In this document: positions 1-12,963 of the stretch, piece after piece
How the letters are laid out: every line of letters begins with the position of its first letter
Position numbering within the stretch: the first letter of the stretch is position 1
DNA from: Octopus vulgaris
Taxonomy: Eukaryota
Direction of reading: 5' to 3'
Assembly: GCA_951406725.2 (NCBI GenBank)
Contig: OX597827.1
Location: 69,006,001-69,070,000 of the forward strand
DNA: 64,000 nt
The notes under the pieces: model-generated
What the model was told of the DNA's origin: nothing
Database searches by the model: none
What the model saw: the letters and a program-made list of their open reading frames with translations, nothing else
Made by a program: the position numbers and the translations under genes

Positions 1-135
1 CCGTCTACCAAATCCACTGACAAGGCTTTGGTCAGCCCGAGGCTATAGTAGAAGACACTTGCCCAAGGTGCCACACAGTGGGACTGAACCCGGAACCTTG
101 TGGTTGGTAAGCAAGCTACTTACCACACAGCCACA
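1..135 (-). mobile_element. tRNA-derived SINE family A, 5' part (cut by window edge)
   Basis: Reverse complement reads GGCTGTGTGGTAAG...GGTTCAGTCCC...CCTTGGGCAAG (A/B-box-like head). It matches the full copy at 43068-43462. Confidence 0.85.
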
Positions 136-307
136 ACGAGAGCCCTAATGCCTGATGATTATTTCATACACAGGCACAGGGCCGCAAGATCCATTGCCAG
201 AGAGGGGTATAGTTGTTGAGACTTGATTCAGTATTTAACTTTTATTTCAGCAACTCCTCAAACGATGGATAGCAAAATCAAACCCTGCAGGCTCCGGCCC
301 CAGAAAG

Positions 308-470
308 CCGGCGTGGCTGTGTGGCAAGAAGTTTGCTTCCCAACCACATAGTTCTGGGTTCAGTCCCAGAACTATTGCACCCTTGGCAAGTGTCCTTTAC
401 TGAATAAAGGCAAAATAAAGTCCTGTGGCTGGATAAGGTAGCCAGAAACTGATAGAAGTCCACCATGTGT
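308..470 (+). mobile_element. SINE family A, 5' part
   Basis: GGCGTGGCTGTGTGGCAAG...GGGTTCAGTCCC head, inverted relative to the copy at 1-135. Confidence 0.8.
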
Positions 471-1888
471 GTGTGTGTTCCTTTGTCTTGACATCATGTA
501 ATAGGTGTAAAAATGATTGTTACAAGCAGTGTCATACATTCCAAATATTCTATGAACACATGCCTAACCAGCTGGGGTGGAGGACATTAACCTGCTTGGA
601 AACAAGTAAGGGTCGGTGACAGGAAGGACATCTAAGAACAGAGATTCTGTCTCAAACCCCATCCAACCCATGCAAGCATGCGAAAGTGGACGTTAAAATG
701 ATGATGATGCAGATGAAGATGATGAAATCAGACGAAACTGCATTCAATGTGTTGGCAGCATGGTGCTTATTTATGTGGTTAGGGACTTCTGGAATTAGCA
801 GCCTCAGCCTCGGCTCACATCTGAAGTAGAGAGGAGGAGGAGGTGGGAGGAGAGAGAGAAAGAGAGACAGACAGACACAGCAACAGAGAGAGATAGAGAG
901 AGAGAAAGAAAAGCAACTAACAAACATCCTTCACAGAACAACACTCCTCATCACAGGAATGAAAAATGAGAAAAAGATAGGAAGATGAAGAAGAGATAAG
1001 GAGAGAATGAAAAGGGAAGAACACACACACACATATTTACTCAAAGATTACAGCAAACCTCCTCTCATTTCTAATTACAACCATCATCACTTCACAGTAT
1101 TTTAAGATGTTAGGAGCTTATTTTTTAAGATTTTTATTTATAAAAAATTCATGTAAGGGGGGAAAAGGAGGGGAGAGAGAGATAAGAGTCTAAATCTTGA
1201 TAATTAGGGACATCTAATCATCACTTAATCATCATCACTCTGTTTTTCATTCATGCAATCTGGGGATTAAGGTAGCGAAAGAGTTTATTTAAATTAGACA
1301 AGTGTTGACGTGTATTCATATCAATAAATATTTGACTGTTTGAAAGGAGAGCATGGAAAAGGAGTGGTAGGGATTCCAAATAAAACGGAGGGAGGGAGGG
1401 AGTAGATTTGGCTTCTCTCTTCCATGACCCACCCACAAAACAAAAAAAAAAAAGAAAATCTTTCATTCATAAACAACAAAATCACCGACCACCAGACCAC
1501 CACAAGTTGTCATGGTCTTGTGTAAACATGAATAAGGAACAATAAACAAAACTTATCCAAACATGTGTATATGTGTAAAAACATACGCATGTACGTGTGG
1601 TAAGAAGCTTGCTTCCTAACATCATGAGTTCCAGTTTGGTCCCCCGCTGAGTGGCATCTTAAGCAAGTGTTTTTTAACTTGAGCCCTAGGTTGATCAAGG
1701 CCTTGTGAGTGATTCTGTAAACAAGCCAGTGTCATGTATAAAGTACACGATACCCTCTGTAAAATGGATAGGGCTAGGAAGGGCACCCAGCCATAGAAAC
1801 CATACCAAAACAGATGAGCAGAGCCTGGTGCAGCCCTCCAACTTGAGAGAAGGAGTGGGAGAGAGAAAGAGGGAGAGAGATACAGCAA

Positions 1889-1966
1889 ATGTGCGTGCGT
1901 GTGTGTGTGTGAATGTGTGTGTGTGTGAATATGTGTGTGAGTGAATGTGTGTGTGAGTGAATGTGT

Positions 1967-2044
<78 letters not shown>

Positions 2045-2045
2045 T
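1889..2045. repeat. (GT)n microsatellite inside a SINE A copy
   Basis: Visible dinucleotide run, followed by the SINE A body (CTTGACAACCAGTGTTGG...). Confidence 0.9.
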
Positions 2046-3369
2046 TCGCAGTCACACACCGCTTGACAACCAGTGTTGGTTTGTTTACATCCCCATAACT
2101 AAGTGGTTTGACAAAAGAGATTGACAGAACAAGAACTGGACTGTAAACAAAATATGTACTGGCATCAATCCATTCAACTGAAAGCTATAATCCAATGACC
2201 GAAACAAGCAAAAGGTGAAAGATAAAGACATCAAGGTATTGTCTACCCTTACAAATTTTGCCCTCCACTATCCCTAAAACCTTTATTAACACACACATAC
2301 CCATTTCATAAAACATAGCCAACACCATCATCATTTAGCGTCCACTTTCCATGCTGGCATGGGTTAGACAGTTTGACTGGAACTGATAAGCCAGAGAGCT
2401 GCACCAGGTTCCAGTCTCATTTGGCATGGTTTCTACAGCTGGATGCCCATCCTAACACCAACCAATCCAAGAGTGCAAGATTAAGGAATGCCTTTTGTGT
2501 ACCACCAGCACAGGTGCCATTTACAGGACACCAGCAACAGCCTTGACTACAATTTCATTTAGCTTGACAAGTCTTCTCAAGAGCAGCGTATCTCCAAGGT
2601 TTCAGTCACTTGTCATCACCTCCATGAGGCCCAACATTTGAAGATCATGCTACCAGCAATGGCCATGGTTACAATTTCACAAGTACCATTTACGTGGCAC
2701 CGGCAACGGCCAGGACTATGATTGTGATTTGGTAGTATGCATGCTTTCACCAAATGTTTATTGTTTCAGATGTCACAAGTAATTGAAAACCTGGTGTACA
2801 CACCCATCTCAGAATGCTGGTGGTGGTGGGGGGATCCTCTAATCCTTGACCAAATCGGATATCCTTGACAATATGACAGGCAGCCGATAGGAGAGAGGCC
2901 AGCACCAACACTCAGCTGGTAGTTGTTTACAGCTGAGTAGACTGGAGTGTTGTGAAATGAAATCCCTTGCTCAAGAACCCATGACCTCATGATAGGGCCA
3001 ACACACTTAATCATTAAGCCATGTGCCATTACATCCAGTAAGGATGGGGTTGTGGGACTGTTGTTGCAGCAGTAGAGGCAGAGAAGATAAAGATAATATT
3101 TGAAAGTGGGCCAGATGGTGTTGGTAAGAAGGGGGTATTGTATTGGCTTGTTGGGGAAGGGGTGCGTTCTATGAGTCAGGTTGTCTTTCATAGAGGCACA
3201 CCATGGTAAAAACAGATAATAAAAGAAAATGCACAAAGACCTCTACAGGAAATTGAACTGAATGTAAGTTGTAAGTGAAATGTAACAATGTGAGACCTAT
3301 ACATACATACACACCCACACCCAAGAGAACTGAGATGAGTGATGAGAGAGATTGGATGCTGACTGTGTA

Positions 3370-3910
3370 TGTAAGAGAGAGAGACAAGGAGGGGAGACAG
3401 AGAGAGAGACAGAGAGAGACAGACAGACAAAGAGAGAGAGAGAAAGGCAGAGGTACAGACAAAGAGACACAGAGAGAGACAGACAAAGAGAGAGACAGAG
3501 AGAGAGACAGGCAGAGGTACAGAGAGATAGAGAGAGAGAGACAATAAAAGAGAGAGAGAGACAATAAAAGAGAGAGAGAGAGACAATAAAAGAGAGAGAG
3601 ACAGACAAAGAGAGAGACAGACAAAGAGAGAGAGGCAGACAGAGATGGATAGAGAGAGAGAGACATAGAGAGAGAGACATACATAGAGAGAGAGACATAC
3701 ATAGAGAGAGACACATACATACAGAGAGAAAGACATACAGAGAGAGAGAGAGACATACATACAGAGAGACAGACATACATACATACATACATACATACAT
3801 ACATACATACATACAGAGAGACAGACAGACATACAGACAGAGACATAGACAGACAATACAGAGAGAGAGTGTCAGACATAGACAGACACACAGGCAGACA
3901 GACAGACAAA
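3370..3910. repeat. Compound (GA)n/(GACA)n/(CATA)n microsatellite
   Basis: Visible low-complexity run. It explains the SL/RE-rich ORFs. Confidence 0.9.
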
Positions 3911-4264
3911 GCTGATTACAAGAGTCAGCAGGTTGCTAAAAGGTAAGATTTAAGTCATAGGTTACACAGATAGAAGAGATACAAGGAAGAAAGATGGTGG
4001 CCTGCTGGGCTGAAAGATGGGTGGTGGGGAGTAGCCGTGAGGGAAGCAGTGTGGGGTGGTGGTGGAGTTGCCAGCTTATGTTGGCTTGCAGAAATGGGTG
4101 TATACCAGCGCTGACAAGACTGGATAAAGAAGGATGTAGCAACTGATATTGAAGGAGGTGTGAACAATAGAAAAAACGGAAAAATAAAAAAAAAAAAGAA
4201 AAATAAAGGAAATAAAAATTCAAATTGGCTGAAGATGGCAGACTTTATAATTGAAATAAAGTTT

Positions 4265-4307
<43 letters not shown>

Positions 4308-4529
4308 ATGAGATCAACAGACAGATATCACCATCGTTTAACGGCTGCCTTTTCATGCTGGCATGGGTGGGACGGTTTGACAGGAGCTGGCCCCGGGCAG
4401 AAGCTGGCACCAAACTTCTGGTAGATACAGTTATGTTATTTTCTGCAGTATGGATTCTGCTCCAAACACTTTGCTGTAGAGGCAGAGACAGGGAAAAGGA
4501 AAAGATTACGAAACTATCTAAAAGTCTGT

Positions 4530-5010
4530 GTGCGCACGCGTGCATGCGTGCGTAAGTGCATAAACATATGTATACATATGTATGTATAATAAGATGCAGG
4601 CATTGCACTACGGTGGTGAGGGACACATATACACATCAAGAAATTGGGATGACACGTACATACACACACACACGCACACACACACACACACACGTACATA
4701 CACGCACACACGTGCATGCGTGCATACATGCACACCCATGTACATAGACGGACATACGCACACATGCATGCATACACACACACGTACATACACACATGCA
4801 TACATACACGCACACACACGTGCATACACACACATATGTACATACATGCAGTGTGCATATACACATACATACACACACACACACACATGTGCATACACAC
4901 ATACATACACACACACACATGTGCATACACACACACGCATACATACTTGCTCATGTACATACACGCATGCACACACATACATGCACCCATTCACACACAC
5001 ACACACACAA
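4530..5010. repeat. (CA/TA/CG) compound microsatellite
   Basis: Visible alternating purine-pyrimidine run. Confidence 0.9.
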
Positions 5011-5102
5011 TATCATCATCAAGAAATTTGGATGACAAAAGGATAAACAATTATGTTATGAACTGCATTAGCTTACAGCTGTTTCTGCCATAAGACACAA
5101 TA

Positions 5103-5205
5103 CACTCATAGTCGAGTGCTTGTGTATCATCCTGGAGTTTCAAACATGCAGTGGCACTTGATGTTTGAAGCACCAGAGTGACACTCAAGCACTCAGCTGT
5201 GAGTG
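5103..5205. other. Imperfect ~45-bp-arm hairpin (pre-miRNA-like or fold-back element)
   Basis: CACTCATAG pairs with CTGTGAGTG, GAGTGCTTG with CAAGCACTC, and TTCAAACAT with ATGTTTGAA, around a 13-nt loop. Confidence 0.6.
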
Positions 5206-5439
5206 CATGGCATCACAGATTGGTCTCATGTTTCAGCTACAAGATGCATAAAAGGTTGGTCTCCACTGGACAAAAGGATGGCATAGTTACAGATAGAACA
5301 CTATCACACCATGTTCCCGGGTCCTGGTATAGCAGGTATAGATTCCTAGTGATTTAGACAATCAAACAGGTGATCGAGATGAGAAAAGTAGCAATTTGGA
5401 TGGACAACTACAGTAGTTGAGAGACAGGCCTATTCTTCT

Positions 5440-5657
5440 TATTATTATTCATTATTAATTATTATTATTTATTAATTATTATTATCATCATTTATTAATT
5501 ATTATTATCATCATTTATTAATTATTATTATTATCATTTATTAATTATTATTATTATTTATTAATTATTATTATTATTATTATTATTATTATTTATTAAT
5601 TATTATTTTTTATTTATTAATTATTATTATTATTTATTAATTATTATTATTATTATT
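5440..5657. repeat. (ATT)n-based AT-only tandem repeat
   Basis: Repeated ATTATTATTATTTATTA units. Confidence 0.9.
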
Positions 5658-5885
5658 GAGGTGGTGAGCTGGTAGACTCATTAACACACTGGACGAAATG
5701 CTTAGCAGTATTTCACCCATAGCTTCATTCTGAGTTCAAATTCTGCTGAGGTCGATTTTGCCTTTCATCGTTTCGGGGTTGACAAAATAGGTACCGGTTG
5801 AGCACTGGGATCGATGTAATTGATTCAGCCCCTCCTCCAAAACTGCTACCCTTGAAAAGAATTTTAAACCCTTATTTATTATTAT

Positions 5886-5935
<50 letters not shown>

Positions 5936-6199
5936 TCTTGAATTTATTCATGATTCTGTCCATTAGTTTACCTGCACTTGTTACTCAAGCTGTATATACA
6001 ACTTTTTTTCTATTTTTTTCTTCTATGCTCAGGAGGCCAGGTGGAGGATAAAGTCAGAAACAGGGGCCCAGGTCTGAGAGGGTTAATCAGGGCTGACTTG
6101 GGACTAAATCAAAACAACATTGATACCTCGGTTTCTAGTACCAGCCTTGACAATATGGGTAAGCAGAAACATTTCATTTGCAGTTAAAGTGACACATAC

Positions 6200-6277
6200 C
6201 TGATCCAGAGTAAACTAGTTTCTATGAACACCTGAGTAGAGAAAACTTTCCAGAGATTTCTAAAAGGGAGCACTTAC
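6200..6277 (-). other. Candidate recursive splice site with downstream RS-like or non-coding exon
   Basis: Minus strand reads TTCTTTTTGTTTCATTTTAG|GTAAGT at 6278/6277. A second donor CAG|GTATGT lies at 6200/6199. The 78 nt between have stops in all three frames. Confidence 0.35.
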
Positions 6278-6465
6278 CTAAAATGAAACAAAAAGAATAT
6301 TTTGAAAACACATAACATATATAAATACACACACACACACACACATATAACATATATATTATCATCATCATCATTTAACGTCCACTGTCCATGCTAGCAT
6401 GGGTTGGATGGTTTGACCAGGGTTGGTAAGCTGAGGGCTGCACCAAACTCAAGTTTAACTTGGCA

Positions 6466-6692
6466 TGCTGGCAGAATCGTTAGCACACCGGGTGAAATGC
6501 TTAGCGGTATTTCGTTTGCCGCTATGTTCTGAGTTCAAATTCCACCGAGGTCGATTTTGCCTTTCATCCTTTTGGGGTTGATTAAATAAGTACCAGTTAC
6601 ACACTGGGGTTGATATAATCGACTTAATCTGTTTGTCTGTCCTTGTTTGTCTTCTCTGTGTTTAGCCCCTTGTGGGTAGTAAAGAAATAGGA
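6466..6692 (+). mobile_element. tRNA-derived SINE family B, nested in a family C repeat
   Basis: GCTGGCAGAATCGTTAGCAC...GAGTTCAAATTCC...GCCTTTCATCCTTT-GGGGT-GAT core and CCCCTTGTGGGTAGTAAAGAAAT tail. Confidence 0.85.
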
Positions 6693-7432
6693 TTTTATGG
6701 TTGGATGCCCTTCCTAATGCTCAGTGCCCTTCCTAATATTGTATGCCCTTCATAACACACACACACACACACAAATTTTCAATGTACCAGTATCAATGAT
6801 TGGACAATGGCCATGCTGGAGCACTACCTTCAAGGGTTCAGTCAAACCTAGTGTGTACTTTAGAGCAAGACTTTTATCAATCCACTTATCGAGCTGCTAA
6901 GTTTTAGGACAGCAAATGAATACAACACGAATACAATCAAAGATACACATACACACAGAACATGAATAGATGTCAATATAAGTGTGTGTGTGTGTGTGTG
7001 TGCATAGATTGTTTGAAGTGGTGTTAAGAAGGAGAAGATAGTCAGGATTTGCATAAATACTATTTAGGAGGCTCATCCCTTTGAGAGATTCATCATGAAA
7101 TAATTCATGATGAATCACTCAAAAAGACAAGTGTACTAAATAAGTAGTTTTCATTCAAATCCTGATGCCCCCCACCCACACACACACACACTTTTTCTTA
7201 ATATAACATTTGTGCCTGTGTTTTCCACTACACCCCACCCCCAAACCATCGCTTGACAACTGATGCTGGTGACTTCAGCAAAAGTGACTGATTGTATAAG
7301 TACTAAGCTTACAAAGAATAAGTCTTGTGGGGGTCAATCTGTTCAACTAAAAGCACTGCTCCAGCATGGCCACAGTCAAAAAGACTGAAACAAGTAAAAT
7401 AGTATATATACAAAATATACAGGACATTTATA

Positions 7433-7434
<2 letters not shown>

Positions 7435-7472
<38 letters not shown>

Positions 7473-7637
7473 TATATATACATATACACATATACATGCA
7501 TATAAACATATACACGCATATAAACATATACACGCATATATATGTATTTATATATGTATATATATATATATATATATACATATACACACATATGTATACA
7601 TATATATACACACACTATATATATTTACACATACATC

Positions 7638-7685
<48 letters not shown>

Positions 7686-7830
7686 TCTATATACACACAC
7701 ATCTATATATACACACAAACATCTATATATATATATATACACACACACACGCACATATATACACACATACACATATATACACATACACACACACATATAT
7801 ACACACACACACACACATACACACACAACA
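7435..7830. repeat. (TG)n/(TA)n/(CA)n compound microsatellite
   Basis: Visible dinucleotide runs. Confidence 0.9.
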
Positions 7831-9067
7831 ACCATATTCCATAACTGCATGGGTCAGGCAAAGTTTGAGGTAGATCTTCTATGGCCGGTTGCTCCTTTTG
7901 TTGCCAACCTCTACCTGTTTCCAAGCATGGTAAATATTTCTACATGGCTCCACATATTTTCACAGAACAGTGAAATACTTGGAATTCCACTGCTAAAAGA
8001 AATTTACTTCATTTCTCTCTCAAAGCTTACAAATTCTTAAGAAGTAAACAATATGTGTGTGTGTGTCTGTGTGTGTGTGGCCTTTCTTCTCTATGCCTCT
8101 AGTACCAATCACCATGGTGAAGTAATGTTTCATAATATATATATATATATATATATATAAACACAAACACATATATAGAGTGTGTGTGTGTGTGTTATGT
8201 AAATTTTAGAAAGAATCACAAGACAGATTCCTCGAGCCGAGCCAAGCAACAGGAGACCAATGGAGAACAAGATGACTGGATAAAATCCAGTCTCAGTTAG
8301 TCATACTCAGGAACCCAGCAAGAACATCTAATGACTGTTGTATCTGCTAGGACCCTACGGAAAAGGTGCCAGAGGTCTCCATTTCCATCACCCTCCAAGG
8401 AATGGAGGGGGGGGGGCAGAGGAAATGGGTGGATGGATTGTTTTTGGAGTATACAGAATATTGAATAATCATCATTTAACGTCCAATTATCCTTGCTGAC
8501 ATGGGCTGGACAGTTTGGCAGGAACTGGCTAGCCAGAGAACTGCACCAGACTCCAATAGTCTGTTTTAGAAAACTGTCTATAGATGAATGCCAACCACTT
8601 TACAGAGTGCACTGGGTGTTTTTTGCATAAGAATATTCAACCTAGATTATTATTGCTAAGAAATCTTGATAAAACCAAAGGAAAAATCTTTGCAGTCAAG
8701 GGGAAAAGGAAAATGGAAATATTCATTGAATTAATTGCAATATGTTAATGGTAGTCATTTTACTAAAAATCACACATAAGATGGCTTTCCTCAGATTTAA
8801 ACTTGTTACCATCCAAGATCCAATTCCACCAAGGTCAATTTGGCTTATCATCCTTTCGGGGTCAATAAAATAAATAGCATTTGAGCACTGAGGGCAATAT
8901 AATAGACTTACCCTTCCCTAAGACTGCTGGCCCTGTGCCAAAATTTGAAACCATTATTATTATTATTATTACTATTATCATTATTATTATCATTATCATT
9001 ATCATTATTATTACTATTATTATTATCATCATTATCATTAATTATTAATAATAATAATAATAATATT

Positions 9068-9740
9068 GAAGGCAGTGAGCTGGCAGAATCGTTAGCACAC
9101 CAGGCAAAATGCTTAGCAGCATTTTATCTGTCACTATGTTCTGAGTTCAAATTCCATCAAGGTCAACTTTGTCTTTCATCCTTTTGGGGGTCAATAAAAT
9201 AAGTACCAGTTGAGTACCGGGCTCAATGTCTTTAATTATCCCCCTTACCCAAATTTCAAGGCTAGTGCCTTCTTTAGTTGAAAGGATTGTAATTGACAGA
9301 ATCGTTAGCACGCCGGGTGAAATGCACAGCAGAATTTCGTTTGTCGCTACGTTCTGAGTTCAAATTCCGCCGAGGTCGACTTTGCCTGTCACCCTTTTGG
9401 GGTTGATAAATTAAGTACCAGTAGCGTACTGGTGTCGATCTAATCAACCATCCCCCTCCCCCAAATTTCCTGGCCATGTGCCTATAGTAGAAAGGATTAT
9501 TATTATTATTATTATTAATATTTAGATGATGAGCTGGCAGAATTGTTAGCATGCCGGATGGAATGCTTAGTAGCATTTCATTTTGTCTTTGCATTCTGAA
9601 CTCAAATTCTGCTAAGGTTGACTTTGCCTTTCATCCTTTCGGAGTCGACAAAATCAGTAACAGTTGAACACTGAGATTGCTGTAACTGACTCGCCCACCA
9701 CCCCAAGATTGTTGGCCTTGAACCAAAATTTGAAACCTTT
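9068..9740 (+). mobile_element. Three head-to-tail SINE family B copies
   Basis: Repeated GAGCTGGCAGAAT...TTCAAATTC...GTCGACTTTGCC blocks, partly separated by (ATT)n. Confidence 0.8.
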
Positions 9741-9933
9741 ATCATCATTATTATTATTAACTGAAGTAGACTCATTAAAATCATTATCAAAAAATCTTTT
9801 TCTCTCTTTCTCCATCTCTCTCTATCTCCAAGCTAAATTAGCCGTATCATAAAAACTAGAAGCAGCTCTCTGGTATTTACAAAGTCCCAAGAGTGTGTTT
9901 AACTCCTCTGCTCTATCTTAGGAATGAACTCAC

Positions 9934-9953
9934 ATATTTCATTCACATGACTG
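9934..9953 (-). other. Candidate 17/20-nt microexon with NAGNAG acceptor
   Basis: Long poly-T tract, then TATCAG CAG TCATGTGAATGAAATAT|GTGAGT. Confidence 0.25.
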
Positions 9954-10764
9954 CTGATAGAAAATATTAAAAAAAAAAAAAAAAAAAAAAAACAGAAAAA
10001 AAAGCTACATATGTCTATATAGAAAAATATGTTTATCAGAGAGAATGCAAGTGTGAATGGTATGTAGTCATGTACATCTGTGTCTATGTGTTTATGTCTA
10101 CAGAGATCTATATGTACAAGTCTTAGGTGTGCATACATATACACGTATGTACGTGAAGTATATGTGCGCGTATATGCGTATATACATATATGTATTTATG
10201 TATAAGTCTTTTCTAACAACAGTGAGGAATCATAACTCCACATAGCTAAACAGTAAACTCAACCAAATATCTCAGACACAACAACAACCACAACAATAAT
10301 AATAATAATGATCTCTACAACCTATACCCAGAGTTATAGATTTTTGTTGTTGCTGCTGCTGTTGTTGTTATATATCTATTCTTTATTTATAGAACTAATT
10401 CTAGCTGGATAAATTCTTTTTACTTCTTTTAACACAAAGGGTGACTATTTTTAGTTTGACTAGTACATCCACACATGGGCCACTTTCCAGGCCTGATGTA
10501 GGTATTCTAATGAACAACCAGCATGGGACCATTTTATGTGGTTGTTTGAGCTGATAGCAATAGCAGCCACATCTCCCTTGAATCACACCATACCATCTTG
10601 AAATGAAGAAATGGGTATGTTGGACAAACAGTGAGTGATTGAATGAGTGAGAGCTGAGTGCATGAGAAAGTATGAATGAGTGTGTGTGAGTGAGTGAGTG
10701 TATAATGGAGTGTGAATGGGTGCACAAATGAATAAGTATGTGAATGAATTAGTGAATGACACAA

Positions 10765-11196
10765 AGGAATGAGCAAGTGCATGAAGGAATGAGTGAGTAT
10801 GCAAGGGAATGGGTGAGTGTGCAAGAGAATGAGTGAATGCACAAGGGAACGAGTGAGCACCCAAGAGAATGAGTGAGCGTGCAAGGGAATGAGTGAGCAC
10901 GCAAGGGAATGAGTGAGCACGCAAGGGAATGAGTGAGCACACAAGAGAATGAGTGAATGCGCAAGGGAATGAGTGAGCATGCAAAGGAAGGAGTGAACAC
11001 GCAAGAGAATGAGTGAATGCGCAAGGGAATGAGTGAGCGTGTAAGGGAATGAGTGAGCACGCAAGAGAATGAGTGAATGCGCAAGGGAATGAGTGAGCAT
11101 GCAAAGGAAGGAGTGAACATGCAAGAGAATGAGTATGCAAGGGAATGAGTGAGCATGCAAGGGAATGAGTGAGCGTGCAAGAGAATGAGTGAGCAC
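10765..11196. repeat. 20-bp minisatellite (GCAAGGGAATGAGTGAGCAC) with 120-bp higher-order repeat
   Basis: The 20-nt period is visible line by line. The variant GCAAAGGAAGGAGTGAAC recurs at 10981 and 11101. Confidence 0.9.
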
Positions 11197-11437
11197 ACAA
11201 TGCCAGAGATGTCACTGATGCCAATCCGCATCAGCTCCAATGGCATTCCCCTTGAGTAAACATTAGTAACATAGAGAGGAGAGAGTTGCATTCATGAGCA
11301 ACAGTCAGCTTTCCTTAAGCACCATGTGATTGGATTTGGTTGATGGAAACTGAAAGAAGCCTGCTATGTATATATGTAAGTGAGTGTGTGTGAGTGAGTG
11401 AGGAGTGAGTGAGTGAATGAAGAGTAGGACTGTGAAA

Positions 11438-11822
11438 ATGAGTGAGCATGGGAATGAGCGAACATCGGAATGAGCGAGCATGGGAATGAGCGAGCATGGG
11501 AATGAGCGAGCATGGGAATGAGCAAGCATGGGAATGAGCAAGCATGGGAATGAGCGAGCATGGGAATGAGCAAGCATGGGAATGAGCAAGCATGGGAATG
11601 AGCGAGCATGGGAATGAGCGAGCATGGGAATGAGCAAGCGTGGGAATGAGCGAGCGTGGGAATGAGCGAGTGTGGGAATGAGCGAGCGTGGGAATGAGCG
11701 AGCATGAGAATGAGCAAGCATCGGAATGAGCGAGCGTGGGAATGAGCAAGCATCGGAATGAGCGAGCGTGGGAATGAGCGAGCATCGGAATGAGCGAGCA
11801 TAGGAATGAGCGAGCGAGAATG
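11438..11822. repeat. 16-bp minisatellite (ATGGGAATGAGCGAGC)
   Basis: Visible tandem units. Confidence 0.9.
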
Positions 11823-12479
11823 GGTGTAAGCAAGTGATAATGAGTGTGAGCGAGTGATAATGAGTATGAGTGATTGTGAGTGAGCGAACAAGGAAGTGAG
11901 TAAGAGTGAGTGAGTAGACAAGCAAGTGTTAATATATACAATGGGATTTGGTTGGCTTGGAACTAACTATATAGTAAAAGACACTTGCTCAAAGTGCCAC
12001 ACAGTGGGACTGAACTTGAAACAATGTGGTTGGGAAGCAAGCTTCATACCACACAGCCATTTTTATTTTTGGTCAGTTTGATCTTCATTTGAGATAAGGA
12101 CCTTCATCGTTAGACAACACTAATTAGCATTCCTGTTAATTAGTGTTTGTACACATCTGTTTCAAAATAGAGGGTGACTAACAAGCAGCCACTGATTGGT
12201 GCAGTTTTAAAACATTTCTGATTTATACTGAAATCAGTAGCGTCCTTTAAAACAGTGTAAAAGTTAAGCTACAGTAGCACCCTGTCATTCCATACTTTGT
12301 AGATGGGCATGTATGGAGTGGCACATGCATTTAAATATTTAACAAAGTAACTAACCATATATACATATACATATATATATACATAAACATATATATATAG
12401 GCTTGTTGTTCCTTCACCTGTCTTCATTTGTTTTCTGAAAATTTGAACTAATATGTGTATACACGTGTACATATACATA

Positions 12480-12912
12480 CATACACCCATGTACATAACA
12501 TACACCCATGTACATAACATACACCCATGTACATAACATACACCCATGTACATAACATACACCCATGTACATAACATACACCCATGTACATAACATACAC
12601 CCATGTACATAACATACACATACATACACACACCCATGTACATAACATACACACATGTACATAACATACACACATGTACATAACATACACACATGTACAT
12701 AACATACACACATGTACATAACATACACACATGTACATACATACACACATGTACATAACATACACATACATACACACACGTGTACATAACATACACACAT
12801 GTACATAACATACACACATGTACATAACATACACACATGTATATACATACACACACACATACATACATACACACATGTACATAACATACACACACATGTA
12901 CATAACATACAC
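12480..12912. repeat. 19-bp minisatellite (TACACCCATGTACATAACA)
   Basis: Visible tandem units that grade into (CATA)n. Confidence 0.9.
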
Positions 12913-12928
12913 ACATACATACATACAC

Positions 12929-12963
<35 letters not shown>

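Noticed and set aside
652-927. Minus-strand acceptor (CTACTTCAG| at ~821) with open frame CEPRLRLLIPEVPNH...
   Set aside because: The pyrimidine tract is a (CT)n microsatellite, there is no convincing donor, and the frame runs into a family C repeat tail.
3936-4626. ORFs of 95-223 aa with a Pro/His-rich stretch
   Set aside because: They are stitched from microsatellite, poly-T and repeat sequence, with no recognisable domain and no clear donor.
12284-12322. 12-bp stem-loop GTCATTCCATAC/GTATGGAGTGGC
   Set aside because: Too short for a pre-miRNA and expected by chance in 64 kb.
12412-12445. Possible 17-nt minus-strand microexon (TTTTCAG|AAAACAAATGAAGACAG|GTGAAG)
   Set aside because: Weak donor and short pyrimidine tract.
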